DNA from: a virus
Lineage: Duplodnaviria; Caudoviricetes
IMG/VR virus record: IMGVR_UViG_2910013374_000001
Span: 42,485 to 106,484 of that record
Strand: one strand, 5' to 3'
DNA length: 64,000 nt
Shown piece by piece: positions 62,996 to 64,000 of the stretch (within the stretch, counting starts at the first letter, position 1; every line of letters starts with the position of its first letter). The notes under the pieces are model-generated. The model made no database searches. It saw nothing but the letters and a program-made list of their open reading frames with translations, and had not been told where the DNA came from. The position numbers and the translations under genes were made by a program.

Positions 62996-64000
62996 TTAAG
63001 CCCGACGACGTGCTGGAAGCTTTGCCATTGGATCTAATGCTGAACCACCGCGTTGGCGTATTTCGAAATGCAGATGAGGTCCAGTGCTTCTTCCAGTACT
63101 GCCCATGAGTGAGATTTTTACTCCCTGGGGAATGATCTGTCCTTTGCGAACCAGTAGACGGCTGTTGTGGGCGTAGCGGGTGGATGAACCGTCGGAGTGA
63201 GCTAACTCCACCAAATAACCGTATCCGCTACTCCAGCCAGAAAATTTCACGACGCCATCTCTGGCCGCAACAATTGGGGTGCCAACGTTGTTTGCAATAT
63301 CGATGCCCTTATGCATGCGGCCCCACCTCCATCCGAAACCCGAGGTAAATACTCCTTTTGTGGGCCACATGAAGGATTGATTCCCAACGGCACCACCATC
63401 CTCCATTCCAGGCAATGGGGGTAGAGATGGAAAACTTGCGCCGCCTGAAACCGTTGGGCGAATCGCCAACAGGGCCCGCGGTGAAGCTTTGGCAACTCGC
63501 ACTTCGCTGCCGATGGTCAAACGGGCTAGATCTAGACCGGGATTAAGCGAGCGCAATTCACTCAAGCTGAGCCCTTGGTCTCGCGAAAAGGTCGAGAGAG
63601 ATTCGTTCGCTTTGATGCGAACAACGGATTGTGGATCTGGAGGAGATTGAAGAGGTGCCTTATGGAGAATCGTTGATCCGTCAAGACGGCTTGTATTTGC
63701 GAGGCTTTCCTCAGCGTCAGCAGGGAGGACAATCCATGAACCAGCCTTGAGCGCTTCAAAGGATGTCTGGTCGTTAAGAGCGGTTAAATCAGATGAGGTA
63801 AGGCCAAGATCCGCGGCTATACCTTTAAGAGTGCTCTTCGTCGAGACCTTCACCCAAATCCTGCTTTGAGTTGCTGGTGCCGATGCCAGAAGAAATGGGA
63901 CCTGTACGTGCTCAGCGTCCGCGAAGCCTGGATGCTGCGCCAGAACAGATAAAGACGTTCCTGAAGCGATTGCCGTGACGAGAACGAGAAGGGGCTTCAT
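62996..64000 (-). CDS. Host LysM/M23 family peptidoglycan endopeptidase (NlpD-like)
   Basis: Signal peptide, LysM-like segments, HKGID and HLHFE zinc motifs. Confidence 0.92.
   Translation of the reverse strand: MKPLLVLVTAIASGTSLSVLAQHPGFADAEHVQVPFLLASAPATQSRIWVKVSTKSTLKGIAADLGLTSSDLTALNDQTSFEALKAGSWIVLPADAEESLANTSRLDGSTILHKAPLQSPPDPQSVVRIKANESLSTFSRDQGLSLSELRSLNPGLDLARLTIGSEVRVAKASPRALLAIRPTVSGGASFPSLPPLPGMEDGGAVGNQSFMWPTKGVFTSGFGWRWGRMHKGIDIANNVGTPIVAARDGVVKFSGWSSGYGYLVELAHSDGSSTRYAHNSRLLVRKGQIIPQGVKISLMGSTGRSTGPHLHFEIRQRGGSALDPMAKLPARRRA

Overview
Almost the whole window (1 to ~62,917) is the right-hand part of a large temperate siphovirus-type prophage. Its left end lies outside the window. 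The host is probably a picocyanobacterium (Synechococcus/Cyanobium-like); this is inferred from the tRNA-Met sequence and the flanking LysM/M23 gene. Left to right: a candidate origin (six palindromic 17-bp iterons plus an A-rich tract); small early genes behind four sigma70 promoters of identical architecture; neck genes and a tail assembly chaperone with a -1 frameshift; an HNH nuclease; fibre genes; a lipase; a tail tube gene with a probable UAG read-through extension; a tape measure gene; a ~31-kb tail-tip/fibre block including a 2678-aa cysteine-rich giant; scaffold and capsid genes; lysis genes; an excisionase; a phage tRNA-Met; and a tyrosine integrase. The right junction interrupts a host tRNA-Met just after the anticodon loop. 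The best candidate for an undescribed system is a modular peptide-scaffold virion appendage. One protein carries 8 triplets of GGxF motifs, neighbouring fibres end in GGTF and begin with a shared trimer-type domain, and another protein carries >20 orphan beta-strand repeats next to a small cupredoxin-fold protein lacking exactly that strand. Other notable items are four dispersed 59-bp elements in opposed orientations and a CGGAANCCT motif upstream of ~27 late genes. All protein family calls come from motif recognition by eye, not database searches.
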